A stretch of 64,000 bases of DNA from a virus (IMGVR_UViG_3300028591_000110:71564-135563); one strand, 5' to 3'. Counted from the first letter of the stretch, positions 1 to 9,042 are shown. Notes: generated by a model from the sequence alone, not told the origin. Numbers and translations are program-made.

Positions 1-126
1 GCGTTTTTCTGGTGGTTGCGCTCTCCGCATTCTGTTTACGAGGGCTATTTCTTTCGCGCGTCATCTGCGGGTGATCGCGATTGGCAGTCTGGCGGAAACC
101 CAAACACCGGCGTCGCGTTCGGCTTC
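1..126 (+). repeat. DGR template-repeat (TR)-like or variable-region (VR)-like segment, 5'-truncated by the window edge
   Basis: Frame 1 reads AFFWWLRSPHSVYEGYFFRASSAGDRDWQSGGNPNTGVAFGF, the WWLRSP...GVAFGF C-type-lectin (DUF6273-like) VR/TR pattern. It lies about 260 bp upstream of a DGR-type RT. Confidence 0.75.
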
Positions 127-380
127 ACACGGGCGACAGAGTAGAGTATTTGAAAACAGACCGTATGAAGAGAAGGAGGGCATGGCCTTTCTCATGTCAA
201 AAGCATGAGATAAAACGCCTCCAAGTTGGCGTGGGTTGATCCGCGTCACAGATGACCTGCAGGCGGACGCTATCGAGCTTGGTATCGCTTGACGGTGATG
301 CGATATTTCAAGCCTGCAGGCTACGCAGCTAGTGGAACCGTCCGAAAAGCTGTACAGGGAGAGAATATAAATAACATAGG
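127..380 (+). ncRNA. Structured TR-RT spacer RNA of the DGR
   Basis: Hairpin TCTCATG/CATGAGA (190-210), ACGCC/GGCGT stem, paired CCTGCAGG copies (256-263, 313-320) enclosing TATCGC/GCGATA. Position matches the DGR spacer. Confidence 0.55.
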
Positions 381-389
381 TGATTTGTT

Positions 390-1646
390 TTGACTGGTAC
401 ACAGAGAAGAAAACAGAAAATCTATGAGCGGCGCGTCGCAAGGCGGGCTGCTAAACGAGCTGAACGCAATAAGACCTACGGCAGTTTTTATTGGGTGTTT
501 CAGCACGGAAATGTTGACCGTGGTTTCAGAGACATTCGCAAGAAGCTGGTAAAGTGCGCTGACGGCATTTGGTACTGTGTGCACGCTCCGATTAACGAAG
601 TACACACATGTAAGAAGTTAATGAACGGGACGTACAAATTCCGTCCTCTTCGCAAAAAGCATATTAAGCAGCGAGGAAAACCGAGGGATATTGGGATCGG
701 AGCCGCAGAGGACAGGGTTGTTTTAAGTACGCTGACAACGCACTGCTTGATGCCGATGATTGAACCAAGACTAATCAACACATGCACAGCCGGTCGTCCA
801 AACATGGGGCCGGAGGTCGCGATGCTTCAGCTTGAAGAAATGCTGAAGGATCACTACCGAGAGCACGGCACGGACGGGTATGTTCTAATCTTCGACATCC
901 GTAATTACTACGGCAGTATTGACCGGGATAAACTTGGCGTCATGCTGCGTAAAGTAATCAAAGATCAGCGCTTGATTCGGCTTATCGAGGATTCAAATGA
1001 CGTCGCGATTCCGGACAGCAGGATCGGCATCAATCTTGGCAGCTCTACTTCTACGATGCTTGCTGCGCTTTATATGAGCGGAGTGGATCATTATATGAAA
1101 GAAGTTTTGCGGCTCAGATACTACGGGCGCCATGGGGATGATGGGTTTATCATTCATCATGATAAGGAGTTTCTGCTTTCCGTTCTGGACGCGCTGCGCG
1201 AAAAGACTTCTGAGCTTGGTTTGGAATTGCATCCGAAGAAAACGCAGATTATCAAACTTACCAAAGGGTTCCGATGGCTGAAAGTGAAGTGGAAACTGAA
1301 AGAAACCGGATACGTTGTGAAGAAAATGAATCACGATATCGTGACGCGAGACAGCAAAAAGATGAAGAAATGCCTTGCTTTAGAGGCAGAAGGTCTTACT
1401 ACTATGAATTATATTCGCAATTCTGTGTGGAAGGGCTGGCTGAACAAGTCGAAGAATCCGGATCTTATCAGGCAAAAGCCGATCCGCAAAGGCTTCAAAA
1501 AGCGGTTTAGATATGATAATTACTTTGTCAGGATAAAAATGGCGAACAGGTATTACAGCCTGTTCGGTGAGTGGGAGGGCTGTAATAGAGATGTATTTTA
1601 TCAAATTATTGGAGAACGACGAAGTAGTCGGAGCCGAGCAGCTTGA
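390..1646 (+). CDS. DGR-type reverse transcriptase with atypical motifs
   Basis: RGKPRDI, EDRVV, GYVLIFDIRNYYGSI, GINLGSSTST, YYGRHGDDGFII, GLELHPKKTQI. 418 aa, no maturase or endonuclease domain. TTG start with an AGGTGA RBS. Confidence 0.85.
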   Translation: MTGTQRRKQKIYERRVARRAAKRAERNKTYGSFYWVFQHGNVDRGFRDIRKKLVKCADGIWYCVHAPINEVHTCKKLMNGTYKFRPLRKKHIKQRGKPRDIGIGAAEDRVVLSTLTTHCLMPMIEPRLINTCTAGRPNMGPEVAMLQLEEMLKDHYREHGTDGYVLIFDIRNYYGSIDRDKLGVMLRKVIKDQRLIRLIEDSNDVAIPDSRIGINLGSSTSTMLAALYMSGVDHYMKEVLRLRYYGRHGDDGFIIHHDKEFLLSVLDALREKTSELGLELHPKKTQIIKLTKGFRWLKVKWKLKETGYVVKKMNHDIVTRDSKKMKKCLALEAEGLTTMNYIRNSVWKGWLNKSKNPDLIRQKPIRKGFKKRFRYDNYFVRIKMANRYYSLFGEWEGCNRDVFYQIIGERRSSRSRAA

Positions 1647-2133
1647 AGTGCTTGAGTATGTTCGACAAGATACAAACGGAAATAATATTCGATGCTCTGT
1701 GCTTTCGGCGCAGGGCATCATTTCATTAGATGGCGGTTCGATCTATCAACTTGACGGCAAGCCCGCAATGGTCGGCGGGTATAAGATCGCTGTGTTTATT
1801 GATGGCGACGAATACAGCGAGATTATCCAGGAGCTTCAGGACGAAGATCCGGATGACGACATTCCCGCCAGCGACGAGGCTTTGACGCGGGAGGAGCTGA
1901 CTGCGAAAGTAGCAAAGCTTGAGGAAATGAACACCATGCTTACAGGAATGCTCCTCGAAAACCGAGAGGACAGCATGAAAGCGTCCAAGGTATACAGCGA
2001 GGGCGATCTCATCATTGTAAACGGCGAGCTGTATAAGGTTCTTGCAAAAATCGCAAACGGTTCTTTGCTGACTGTAGGCACAAATGTAAAACAAACAACT
2101 ATTGCGGCTGAGATTGCCGCATTAAGTGTATGA
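1591..2133 (+). CDS. Hypothetical tail-associated protein (C-terminal CBM5/12-like YSEGDLIIVNGELYKV)
   Basis: ORF overlapping the RT 3' end, in structural-gene context. Confidence 0.55.
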   Translation: MYFIKLLENDEVVGAEQLEVLEYVRQDTNGNNIRCSVLSAQGIISLDGGSIYQLDGKPAMVGGYKIAVFIDGDEYSEIIQELQDEDPDDDIPASDEALTREELTAKVAKLEEMNTMLTGMLLENREDSMKASKVYSEGDLIIVNGELYKVLAKIANGSLLTVGTNVKQTTIAAEIAALSV

Positions 2134-2147
2134 TAGGAGGGCAAAAC

Positions 2148-2360
2148 ATGAAATATGCCATTATTAAGTTCATTAACGGTAACTGGTTCATCCACGCCGA
2201 GGGTATCACCACGCTGGAAGCGGCAAAGACGCAGTTCCACGGGCTTTGCCAGACCCTTTGGAATGCTCAAGACGTGCTGTCCGCCTATGTGATGATCTCG
2301 GACGAGCAGTTGGATGTCGTGGAGGGCTATAAGGAGTTCATTCATCACGAGGCAGCGTAA
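2148..2360 (+). CDS. Hypothetical protein
   Basis: GGAGG RBS before ATG 2148. Confidence 0.65.
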   Translation: MKYAIIKFINGNWFIHAEGITTLEAAKTQFHGLCQTLWNAQDVLSAYVMISDEQLDVVEGYKEFIHHEAA

Positions 2361-2402
2361 TTCGTGAAAAGCTGATCGAAAAAATTGAATATATGCACTT
2401 TG

Positions 2403-2432
2403 AGGCAGCGGTGAAATATCCGCTGCCTTTTC
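2403..2432 (+). terminator. Intrinsic terminator
   Basis: AGGCAGCGG/CCGCTGCCT stem followed by a T run. Confidence 0.65.
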
Positions 2433-2451
2433 CATTGGAAGGAGGGATGAC

Positions 2452-3741
2452 GTGGCTACGAATGAGGAAGTAATCTGGTCTTTCCTGTATGACAAGATCG
2501 GCAATGCATACGGCGTTGCCGGGCTGATGGGGAATCTCTACGCAGAAAGTGCGTTGAAGCCTACAAATTTGCAGAACAACTTCGAAACCAAGCTCGGATA
2601 CAGCGATGCATCCTACACCGCTGCGGTTGACAACGGCGTTTACAAGAACTTCACGATGGACGGCGCCGGATACGGATTGGCGCAGTGGACATATCGGACA
2701 CGCAAGGCGGCTCTGCTTGCTTACACGCAGGCACAGGGCAAATCTATCGGAGACTTGGACACTCAGCTTGCGTTTCTATGGAAGGAGCTGCATGAGAATT
2801 TCGCAACAGTTGTGAAAACTCTGAAATCCGCAAAGAGCGTGAAAGAGGCTTCCAACGCTGTTCTGCTCAAGTTTGAGGCTCCGAAAGACCAGAGCGAAAA
2901 AGTACAGGCATTGAGGGCGAGCTACGGACAGGCGTACTACGACAAGTACGCAATCGCTCCGATGTCGGAGGAGGAGAAGATTATGGCTGATCTAGGGATC
3001 ATCAATATGCCGGCGCACAGCACGAATCAGTGGTATCGCAACGGCAACAAGATTCAGTACATCGTAATGCACTACGTTGGTGCGGTCAGCACGGCCAAAA
3101 ACAATGGCTCTTACTATGGGAATACTGCGAATATCGGCGCGAGTGCGCACTATTTCGTGGATGAAAATCACATTGTTGCTTCCGTGCCGGAGATTATGAG
3201 TGCAGGACACTGCGGTGTTGACTATTCGGGCGGCAAGGCGCCGTTCTGGGGCAAGTGCACGAACAAAAACAGTATCGGCATTGAAATGTGCTGCAAGAAA
3301 ACCGCAAGCGGACAGTGGTACATTGAGCCAGCAACGGTTACGAAGTCTGTTGCACTTGTGAAGTGGCTTATGGCGAAGTATGGCATTGACGCGGCTCATG
3401 TGGTGCGTCACTACGACGTCTGCTACAAGCGTTGCCCTGAACCGTGGGTTCGCGACGCTGCGCAGTGGGCGGACTTTAAGCGAAGAATCAGTGAGGAGGA
3501 AATTGACATGACGAAAGCTGAAGTAAAAGATATGGTCAAGGAGATCGTGACCGAAATGCTTACGGGCGCAAACACTGAGCCCAGCGATTGGGCAAAGAAA
3601 GAGATGGGCGAGCATCTTGAGGATGTAAAGCACATCACGGACGGCACTCGTCCGCGCGGATACACCAAGCGCGAGGAGACGGCTGCCATGGTTCGTCGCG
3701 CCGAGAAGCGTCTGATGGCAAAGATCGAAGAGTTGAAGTAA
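2452..3741 (+). CDS. Endolysin: phage tail-lysozyme domain + N-acetylmuramoyl-L-alanine amidase + SLH-like C-terminus
   Basis: GLMGNLYAES and GYGLAQWT (lysozyme); IVMHY, ASAHYFVD, SIGIEMC, VVRHYDV, CP (Amidase_2); SDWAK...DGTRPRGYTKREE (SLH-like). Confidence 0.9.
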   Translation: MATNEEVIWSFLYDKIGNAYGVAGLMGNLYAESALKPTNLQNNFETKLGYSDASYTAAVDNGVYKNFTMDGAGYGLAQWTYRTRKAALLAYTQAQGKSIGDLDTQLAFLWKELHENFATVVKTLKSAKSVKEASNAVLLKFEAPKDQSEKVQALRASYGQAYYDKYAIAPMSEEEKIMADLGIINMPAHSTNQWYRNGNKIQYIVMHYVGAVSTAKNNGSYYGNTANIGASAHYFVDENHIVASVPEIMSAGHCGVDYSGGKAPFWGKCTNKNSIGIEMCCKKTASGQWYIEPATVTKSVALVKWLMAKYGIDAAHVVRHYDVCYKRCPEPWVRDAAQWADFKRRISEEEIDMTKAEVKDMVKEIVTEMLTGANTEPSDWAKKEMGEHLEDVKHITDGTRPRGYTKREETAAMVRRAEKRLMAKIEELK

Positions 3742-3754
3742 GGAGGTCGCCAAC

Positions 3755-4030
3755 ATGGAACTTGATTTTGCCGGCCTCGGCTCATATATCGTAATCACAG
3801 CGATTGCGCTTTTCATTGGCTACTGCTTCAAAACGATGGATCGCTTCGACAACAAATATATCCCCGTGGTCGTCGGTATTACCGGCGTTGCTTTGGGGAT
3901 TCTCGCATTTTACATGAATGTTTCTTGGTTCCCTGCAACAGATCCGCTTCACGCCGCTGCGGAAGGTTTGTACTCCGGCGTTGGCGCGACGTGGCTGCAT
4001 CAGCTTTATAAACAGTTGACACAAAACTAA
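3755..4030 (+). CDS. Holin
   Basis: 91 aa with 3 hydrophobic segments, NKYIP and HQLYKQ motifs, adjacent to the endolysin. Confidence 0.8.
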   Translation: MELDFAGLGSYIVITAIALFIGYCFKTMDRFDNKYIPVVVGITGVALGILAFYMNVSWFPATDPLHAAAEGLYSGVGATWLHQLYKQLTQN

Positions 4031-4091
4031 TAGTACGCTGTGGGCGCAGGGCAATTAAAGCTCTGCGCCTGCGGAGAATGGGGGACGTGAC

Positions 4092-4523
4092 ATGGAAATT
4101 TTCAAGCACTTGGCGGGAGAGATCGCCGCCATTATTGTTGCGCTTTCTGTTGTTGTCGAGATTACGCCGATCAAGCTGAATCCTTGGTCGTGGATTGCAC
4201 GAAAGATCGGTAAGGCTATCAATCATGATGTGATTGAAAAAGTAGATCAACTGGAGAAGAAAGTGAACCGCGTCGGAGACGCATTGGACGAAAAGAGTGC
4301 GAAGGACGCCAGGACTAAGATCCTGAATTTTGGCGATGAGCTGATATATAACCCGGAGCGAAAGCACAGTAAAGATAAGTTTGACGAGGTTGTTGCAAAC
4401 ATTACTGAGTACGAACAATACTGTTCTGAGCATCCGGACTTCAAGAATCATATGACGGAAGCAACGACCAAACTGATTCTTTCGACATATGAAACTTGCA
4501 TGAAGAAACATTCATTTTTGTAA
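4092..4523 (+). CDS. Lysis-module membrane protein
   Basis: N-terminal TM with ITPIKLNPWSWI, followed by a coiled coil. Confidence 0.65.
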   Translation: MEIFKHLAGEIAAIIVALSVVVEITPIKLNPWSWIARKIGKAINHDVIEKVDQLEKKVNRVGDALDEKSAKDARTKILNFGDELIYNPERKHSKDKFDEVVANITEYEQYCSEHPDFKNHMTEATTKLILSTYETCMKKHSFL

Positions 4524-4572
4524 AAGTAACTGCGCGGCTGCAATGCCGCGCAGTTTTTGTTGTGGTGATGAA

Positions 4573-5094
4573 ATGAAAACTGTGAGAATTGATTTTGCAG
4601 ATCTCCCACAGGAGAATCCCGTGATCGGGAGAAGGGGAGAGAACCTATGCACTGAGGTAATCTTTGACGTTTCATCGTTGTTCGAGACTTGGCCGCATGG
4701 AACCGTTACCATTCTATATTGGCGCCCAGATAAGAAAGCAAAGTTTATTTGCGCTCAGACAACAGAGCATGAGGTTTCTTGGAAGCCGACAAGTGCAGAC
4801 CTGAAATATCCAGGAACTGGCTTTGTAGAGGTACGAATGTATCAGGGCGAGGTGTTGGAGAAAAGAGCACCTATCTTTTTGGAAATTGAAAAGGCTCCTG
4901 TGAAGAATGCTCATTTTGAAGACGACGATGACGACGATTGGGTAAAGGAGTTCCTTGATACAATCGGCACGATCAAAACGGAACAAGAAGAAAACGATAA
5001 AGATATTGATGAGCTCCGAGCCATGATTGAAGGATACGAGCATTACGGTTTGCGCGAGATTACCAATATGGATCTTGAAGAGCTGCTGAAGTAA
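4573..5094 (+). CDS. BppU-like N-terminal domain structural protein
   Basis: IGRRGEN...V.FD...W.P...DL..PG.G.VE pattern; C-terminal EITNMDLEELL. Confidence 0.55.
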   Translation: MKTVRIDFADLPQENPVIGRRGENLCTEVIFDVSSLFETWPHGTVTILYWRPDKKAKFICAQTTEHEVSWKPTSADLKYPGTGFVEVRMYQGEVLEKRAPIFLEIEKAPVKNAHFEDDDDDDWVKEFLDTIGTIKTEQEENDKDIDELRAMIEGYEHYGLREITNMDLEELLK

Positions 5095-5105
5095 GGGGTG
5101 AAGAA

Positions 5106-5591
5106 ATGGCACAAACAACGATTAAATTTGCAAGCGAAAATACAATCCTGTATTTTTGGCAGAAGATCAAAGCACTGCTTGGCAATAAGGTTGACAAAGT
5201 AACAGGCATGGGGCTATCCCATAACGACCTGACGGACGCCCTTGTTGAGAAGATTAACAACGCCGGCGACAGTTCCTTTACCGGAGCATACAACGATCTG
5301 ACTGGCAAGCCCAGCATCAACGGCGTGACGCTTGGTGCGACGAACACGCTGGCGTCTCTCGGCATTCAGCCTGCGGGCAATTATCCTACCACAAGCGAAG
5401 TGGAGGGCATGATTGACGACTTGGTTGACAGCGCTCCTGCTGCGCTTGACACGCTGAAAGAGCTGTCTGCTGCGTTGGGCGACGATCCGAACTTTGCAAC
5501 GACGATTGCAACACAGATGGGCAATAAAGCAAACACCAGTGATTTTGTAGAGATCACGAATGCGGAGATTGACACGATCCTCGCCACTTGA
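5106..5591 (+). CDS. Fibre-type structural protein
   Basis: KVDKVTGMGLSHND, YNDLTGKPSING, APAALDTLKELSAALGDDPNFATT fibre motifs. Confidence 0.75.
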   Translation: MAQTTIKFASENTILYFWQKIKALLGNKVDKVTGMGLSHNDLTDALVEKINNAGDSSFTGAYNDLTGKPSINGVTLGATNTLASLGIQPAGNYPTTSEVEGMIDDLVDSAPAALDTLKELSAALGDDPNFATTIATQMGNKANTSDFVEITNAEIDTILAT

Positions 5592-5608
5592 GAGGATGGT
5601 GATTTTTT

Positions 5609-6739
5609 ATGATTAAAATTTTTGGGTTAAACTCACTTTCATATCTGTGGGGCAAACTCAAAGAGAAGCTGGCTGCGAAGTATGATAAAGCCGGTGGCGA
5701 CATCAGCGGAGACGTCAAGGTGTTTGGCAATTTTACGCTTGACATTGACGACGAAGACTATGATGCCGGCATTCGATTCACAAAAACACTTGACAACAAT
5801 CTCGGCACAATCTTGACTTTGACGGGCTATGCGGGTGGTACGAATTACAGGCCGCGCATTCGCAATGTCGGAGAACCGGCGTCCAACTACGATGTGGCGA
5901 ACAAGAAGTATGTAGACGACAACATTGTTCGCCCGCTGACATATTTCGTGTTTCTGAATGATGACGGTACGTTGGACGCATACAGCTCGCAGCTAGATTA
6001 CGCGACAGTTAAGGCAAACTTGACGAACATGACAACCAATGTTTATCTTGATGTTATTCAGGGTGCAAGCAGATTCTATGTCAAGGCTGAGCAGGACATG
6101 GATGTGAATAACGGCCCGATCAAATTCATGGACTGGTATTCCAAAGACGGCAATATCGTAGAGATTGAATTTGACTTGGCGTCTGACAATACACTGACTC
6201 ACACAATCCGTGTTGTGGAGCATATCGGCAATAAGGTGCAGTCTGTTGCAGGGAACAGTCTGAGCGCTTCTGCATATCCATCTGCTGCAGCGGTATTCGC
6301 AGAGTTTCAGAGGAAGCCGGTTGTAATTTGGGAAGTTGATGGCGTAAATGTGACTGCTGGGCTTAACGCGCTTCAAACAGAAATCGCTGCAAATGTGAAC
6401 TGGCAGCTTACGGGTCTTGATCTTACGCCGTATAAGAGAATCAAGATATATGCCAAAGGTGGGCAAGGCAGCACGAATGCGAGCACCACCGGTGGGATAA
6501 TTTGCGAAATTATGCTTGATCCACGACTTGCCATTTCGTCAAAAGGCGGACATTATGTTGGATCAGCAGTCGTACAAAAGCCAAACGACTCGAATAGACT
6601 AGCAACGCTGACCTGTGCTGTATCAGCAGACAAAACTTCATTTGCGGTTTTGCGCCAGACAAGCTTGTACGGAACTGCCGCTACAACCAATGCGGACATT
6701 GGAGCATCTGTTGTTTTGATTGAGGGGTATTACGACTAA
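5609..6739 (+). CDS. Fibre tip / receptor-binding-like structural protein
   Basis: KYDKAGGDISG and EPASNYDVANKKYVD fibre motifs. Confidence 0.6.
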   Translation: MIKIFGLNSLSYLWGKLKEKLAAKYDKAGGDISGDVKVFGNFTLDIDDEDYDAGIRFTKTLDNNLGTILTLTGYAGGTNYRPRIRNVGEPASNYDVANKKYVDDNIVRPLTYFVFLNDDGTLDAYSSQLDYATVKANLTNMTTNVYLDVIQGASRFYVKAEQDMDVNNGPIKFMDWYSKDGNIVEIEFDLASDNTLTHTIRVVEHIGNKVQSVAGNSLSASAYPSAAAVFAEFQRKPVVIWEVDGVNVTAGLNALQTEIAANVNWQLTGLDLTPYKRIKIYAKGGQGSTNASTTGGIICEIMLDPRLAISSKGGHYVGSAVVQKPNDSNRLATLTCAVSADKTSFAVLRQTSLYGTAATTNADIGASVVLIEGYYD

Positions 6740-6746
6740 TAGTTTT

Positions 6747-6780
6747 AGGGAGTAGAGAAATCTACTCCCTATTTTTTTTG
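6747..6780 (+). terminator. Intrinsic terminator ending the late operon
   Basis: AGGGAGTAGA/TCTACTCCCT stem followed by a T run. Confidence 0.85.
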
Positions 6781-7023
6781 ATTAATATGAACTCTTATTA
6801 GTGGCTCAGTTTTGCTGCAAATGGCTATGGTTTGGGCAACTAATAACAGCTCGTATTATTGGCTTTGGGTACAAATTGGGTACAAAACTGCGATTTGATA
6901 GTAAAATCAGTAGGTATAAGATGGTACTAATCAAAAGTGCGATATTCAAAAAGTCGTGTATTTTCAATGCTTTTTCATACACGATGGTACTAACGGGTAC
7001 TTAGTAAATACTTCACGAGGGTA

Positions 7024-7068
7024 TTGGTAAGGATGAGGTCGGCAGTTCGAATCTGCCCAGCAGCTCCA
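7024..7068 (+). mobile_element. attP core = 3' half of tRNA-Thr(GGT)
   Basis: TTGGTAAGGATGAGGTCGGCAGTTCGAATCTGCCCAGCAGCTCCA: anticodon loop, T-arm and CCA with no 5' half, next to the integrase. Confidence 0.85.
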
Positions 7069-7070
7069 AA

Positions 7071-7111
7071 AAAGCCTTGAATCTCAACGGATTCAGGGTT
7101 TTTATTTTTTT
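7071..7111. terminator. Terminator after the attP core
   Basis: CCTTGAATC/GATTCAGGG stem with a T run. Confidence 0.65.
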
Positions 7112-7181
7112 AACACATTGTCCGTTTTAGGCGTTTGGGTACAGCGTGGGTACAAATAGCGATTTGATTTGCTGTTCAATA

Positions 7182-8543
7182 CTATTTGTTGTTGCTGATC
7201 GCGAGCAGAAGTTGAAGCAATTCAGGGGACGCGGCAATGGCTGAAATGACCTGATCTTTCTTTGCTTCGATGTCGTCCGGGGTGGTGACGCCGTTCGAGA
7301 AAAATGCTTTTTCCATGAGAACGGCAAGCCTTTTTCGATCTTCATCAAAAATTTCTGCATACACATCTGTAACCATAGCTGCTTGTGCGTGTCCGGTGTC
7401 TCCTTGGACTGCCTTAATGTCGCCGCCTGATAGTTTGAGTTTTTCTGATGTGCTGAGATGGCGGAGGGAGTGGAAGACAACCTCTTCAAACCCATGCTCT
7501 AAAATGAAAGACTTGAAATCTTTTGCGATCAGACGTTCTTCCACGGGTCTACCGTTTGGCTGGGCGATGACCATGTTATAATCCTGATAGAGTCCGTGCA
7601 AATGCTCCATTTGTTCAAGCTGCTCTTGCCGGATCTCTTTCATAAACTTTGCTACGGTGTCCGGAACGAATACAGTGCGGCAGCTCGATTTCGTCTTTGG
7701 TTCTTTCAGAACGAGGACGGTCTTGCATGCAGATTTGACTTTGAGATCCGGGAAGCGGAAGAATACCTTTGTGCGCTTCTTTTCTTCCAGTTTCTCCAAC
7801 GTACTATTGCTGCATCGCTTCAGTTCCTGCTTGATCTTGATCGTTGTGAGGCCGTTATCCTTGAATTTGACTTCCGGCCATTGAAGGCCAAGAATCTCAC
7901 CGATTCGCATACTGCATCCGATGGATAACATCATGCAGAGCTTCAGGATTTTGTTGTCGCAAACTGTGAGCGCTTGCATGGCTGTTTCACGATCCCAAAC
8001 AACACGCTTGTTCTGATCGTATTCCGGAATGACCGCATCTGCAGCAGAATTGTTTTGCGCATATCCCCAAGCGATCCCTTGCTTATAAGCGTTTCGGAGC
8101 AGACTGTGGATCTTCTCAATGACCGACGGCGACACGGTTTTCTCTGTGTCTTTATGGCCGGCAAGCTGGACAGCAGGGTAGGATAGAAGATCGGAATAGT
8201 ATTCGCTGATATCTTCCGCGTCCAGATCTTTGAAGATCCTGTTTCCGATCAGCGGCTTGATGTAATCGTTGATCCTGTGAACCGATGTGGAATAGTAGCT
8301 GTCTCCCCATTTTAAGGCGCCGTATCTCTCTACATAGAGATCCATGAACTCGGATACCGTAAGGTTGTCGTTTCGCTTCGTCTTCTTTGGCGGTTTCAGC
8401 GTTCCGCGTTTTTTCTCAAGCTCAATGATCGCGCATCTCAGAACGGCTTCTTCCTCTGTGTCGAAGCTCTCCTTGAAGGGCTTATCATACCCTTTGACGC
8501 GATATTGAACCTTCCATTTGTTTCCGTGTTTTGTGGGTTTCAT
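7182..8543 (-). CDS. int: Tyrosine integrase
   Basis: MRIGEILGL, PKT, FHSLRH, GH, TDVYA catalytic residues; N-terminal arm-binding domain. Confidence 0.95.
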   Translation of the reverse strand: MKPTKHGNKWKVQYRVKGYDKPFKESFDTEEEAVLRCAIIELEKKRGTLKPPKKTKRNDNLTVSEFMDLYVERYGALKWGDSYYSTSVHRINDYIKPLIGNRIFKDLDAEDISEYYSDLLSYPAVQLAGHKDTEKTVSPSVIEKIHSLLRNAYKQGIAWGYAQNNSAADAVIPEYDQNKRVVWDRETAMQALTVCDNKILKLCMMLSIGCSMRIGEILGLQWPEVKFKDNGLTTIKIKQELKRCSNSTLEKLEEKKRTKVFFRFPDLKVKSACKTVLVLKEPKTKSSCRTVFVPDTVAKFMKEIRQEQLEQMEHLHGLYQDYNMVIAQPNGRPVEERLIAKDFKSFILEHGFEEVVFHSLRHLSTSEKLKLSGGDIKAVQGDTGHAQAAMVTDVYAEIFDEDRKRLAVLMEKAFFSNGVTTPDDIEAKKDQVISAIAASPELLQLLLAISNNK

Positions 8544-8574
8544 TTTATATCTCCTTTATCATGGCCTCCTCTCG

Positions 8575-8823
8575 TCAAGTATTTGATAAAGTACCCGTTG
8601 CGTCTACTGTAGCAGAAAAAACGGGAATACTCAAGCTGTTTTGGTAGTTGATGATGTCGCCGCGATAGATGCGGAATTGCTTTCCAACTCTGATAGACGG
8701 GATCTCCTGGTTTCGCACCAGAGAGTAGGCGGTGTTCCTGCCGATTCTCAAAAGCGCCGCCATTTCATCGACGGTCATCATAACAGGAATCTCTTCGACA
8801 GAGGTATAGGTCTTAGTTGCCAT
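8575..8823 (-). CDS. xis: Excisionase (HTH_17)
   Basis: MTVDEMAALLRIGRNTAYSLVRNQEIPSIRVGKQFRI, adjacent to int. Confidence 0.85.
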   Translation of the reverse strand: MATKTYTSVEEIPVMMTVDEMAALLRIGRNTAYSLVRNQEIPSIRVGKQFRIYRGDIINYQNSLSIPVFSATVDATGTLSNT

Positions 8824-8845
8824 TCCATGATCCTTTCTTATAGAT

Positions 8846-8878
8846 TAGGGGCTGTATTGCACAGCCCCTATTTTTTTG
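8846..8878. terminator. Terminator hairpin
   Basis: TAGGGGCTGT/ACAGCCCCTA stem followed by a T run. Confidence 0.7.
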
Positions 8879-9042
8879 ATTGTGTTATTTCATGAAATAT
8901 CGCTTAGCATAGATGTACTTGCGAGCGGCAGGGAAGTGTGGCAGGTTCTTCTTGCAGTGAATCTGCCATGCAGTTCTTCTGATTTTCTCGGCTTCGCTCG
9001 CGTCAGACGCTTTCATGTTATTGTGTTTGAGTGATGAAGTGC

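Larger units (their letters stand above)
6864..7156. mobile_element. attP region with integrase arm-type / Xis repeats
   Basis: Tandem TGGGTACA pairs at about 6866-6886 and 7136-7156, plus TGGTACTAA copies (about 6922 and 6985), flanking the tRNA-derived core. Confidence 0.7.

Noticed and set aside
390-1646. RT as a group II intron or retron RT
   Set aside because: No maturase/endonuclease domain, intron domain V, or retron NAxxH/VTG motifs. Size, N-terminus and the upstream WWLRSP repeat fit a DGR.
5609-6739. Fibre gene as the DGR target
   Set aside because: It has no sequence similar to 1-126. I found no VR copy anywhere else in the window.
7024-7068. Complete tRNA-Thr gene
   Set aside because: The 5' acceptor strand and D-arm are missing; it is the att core.
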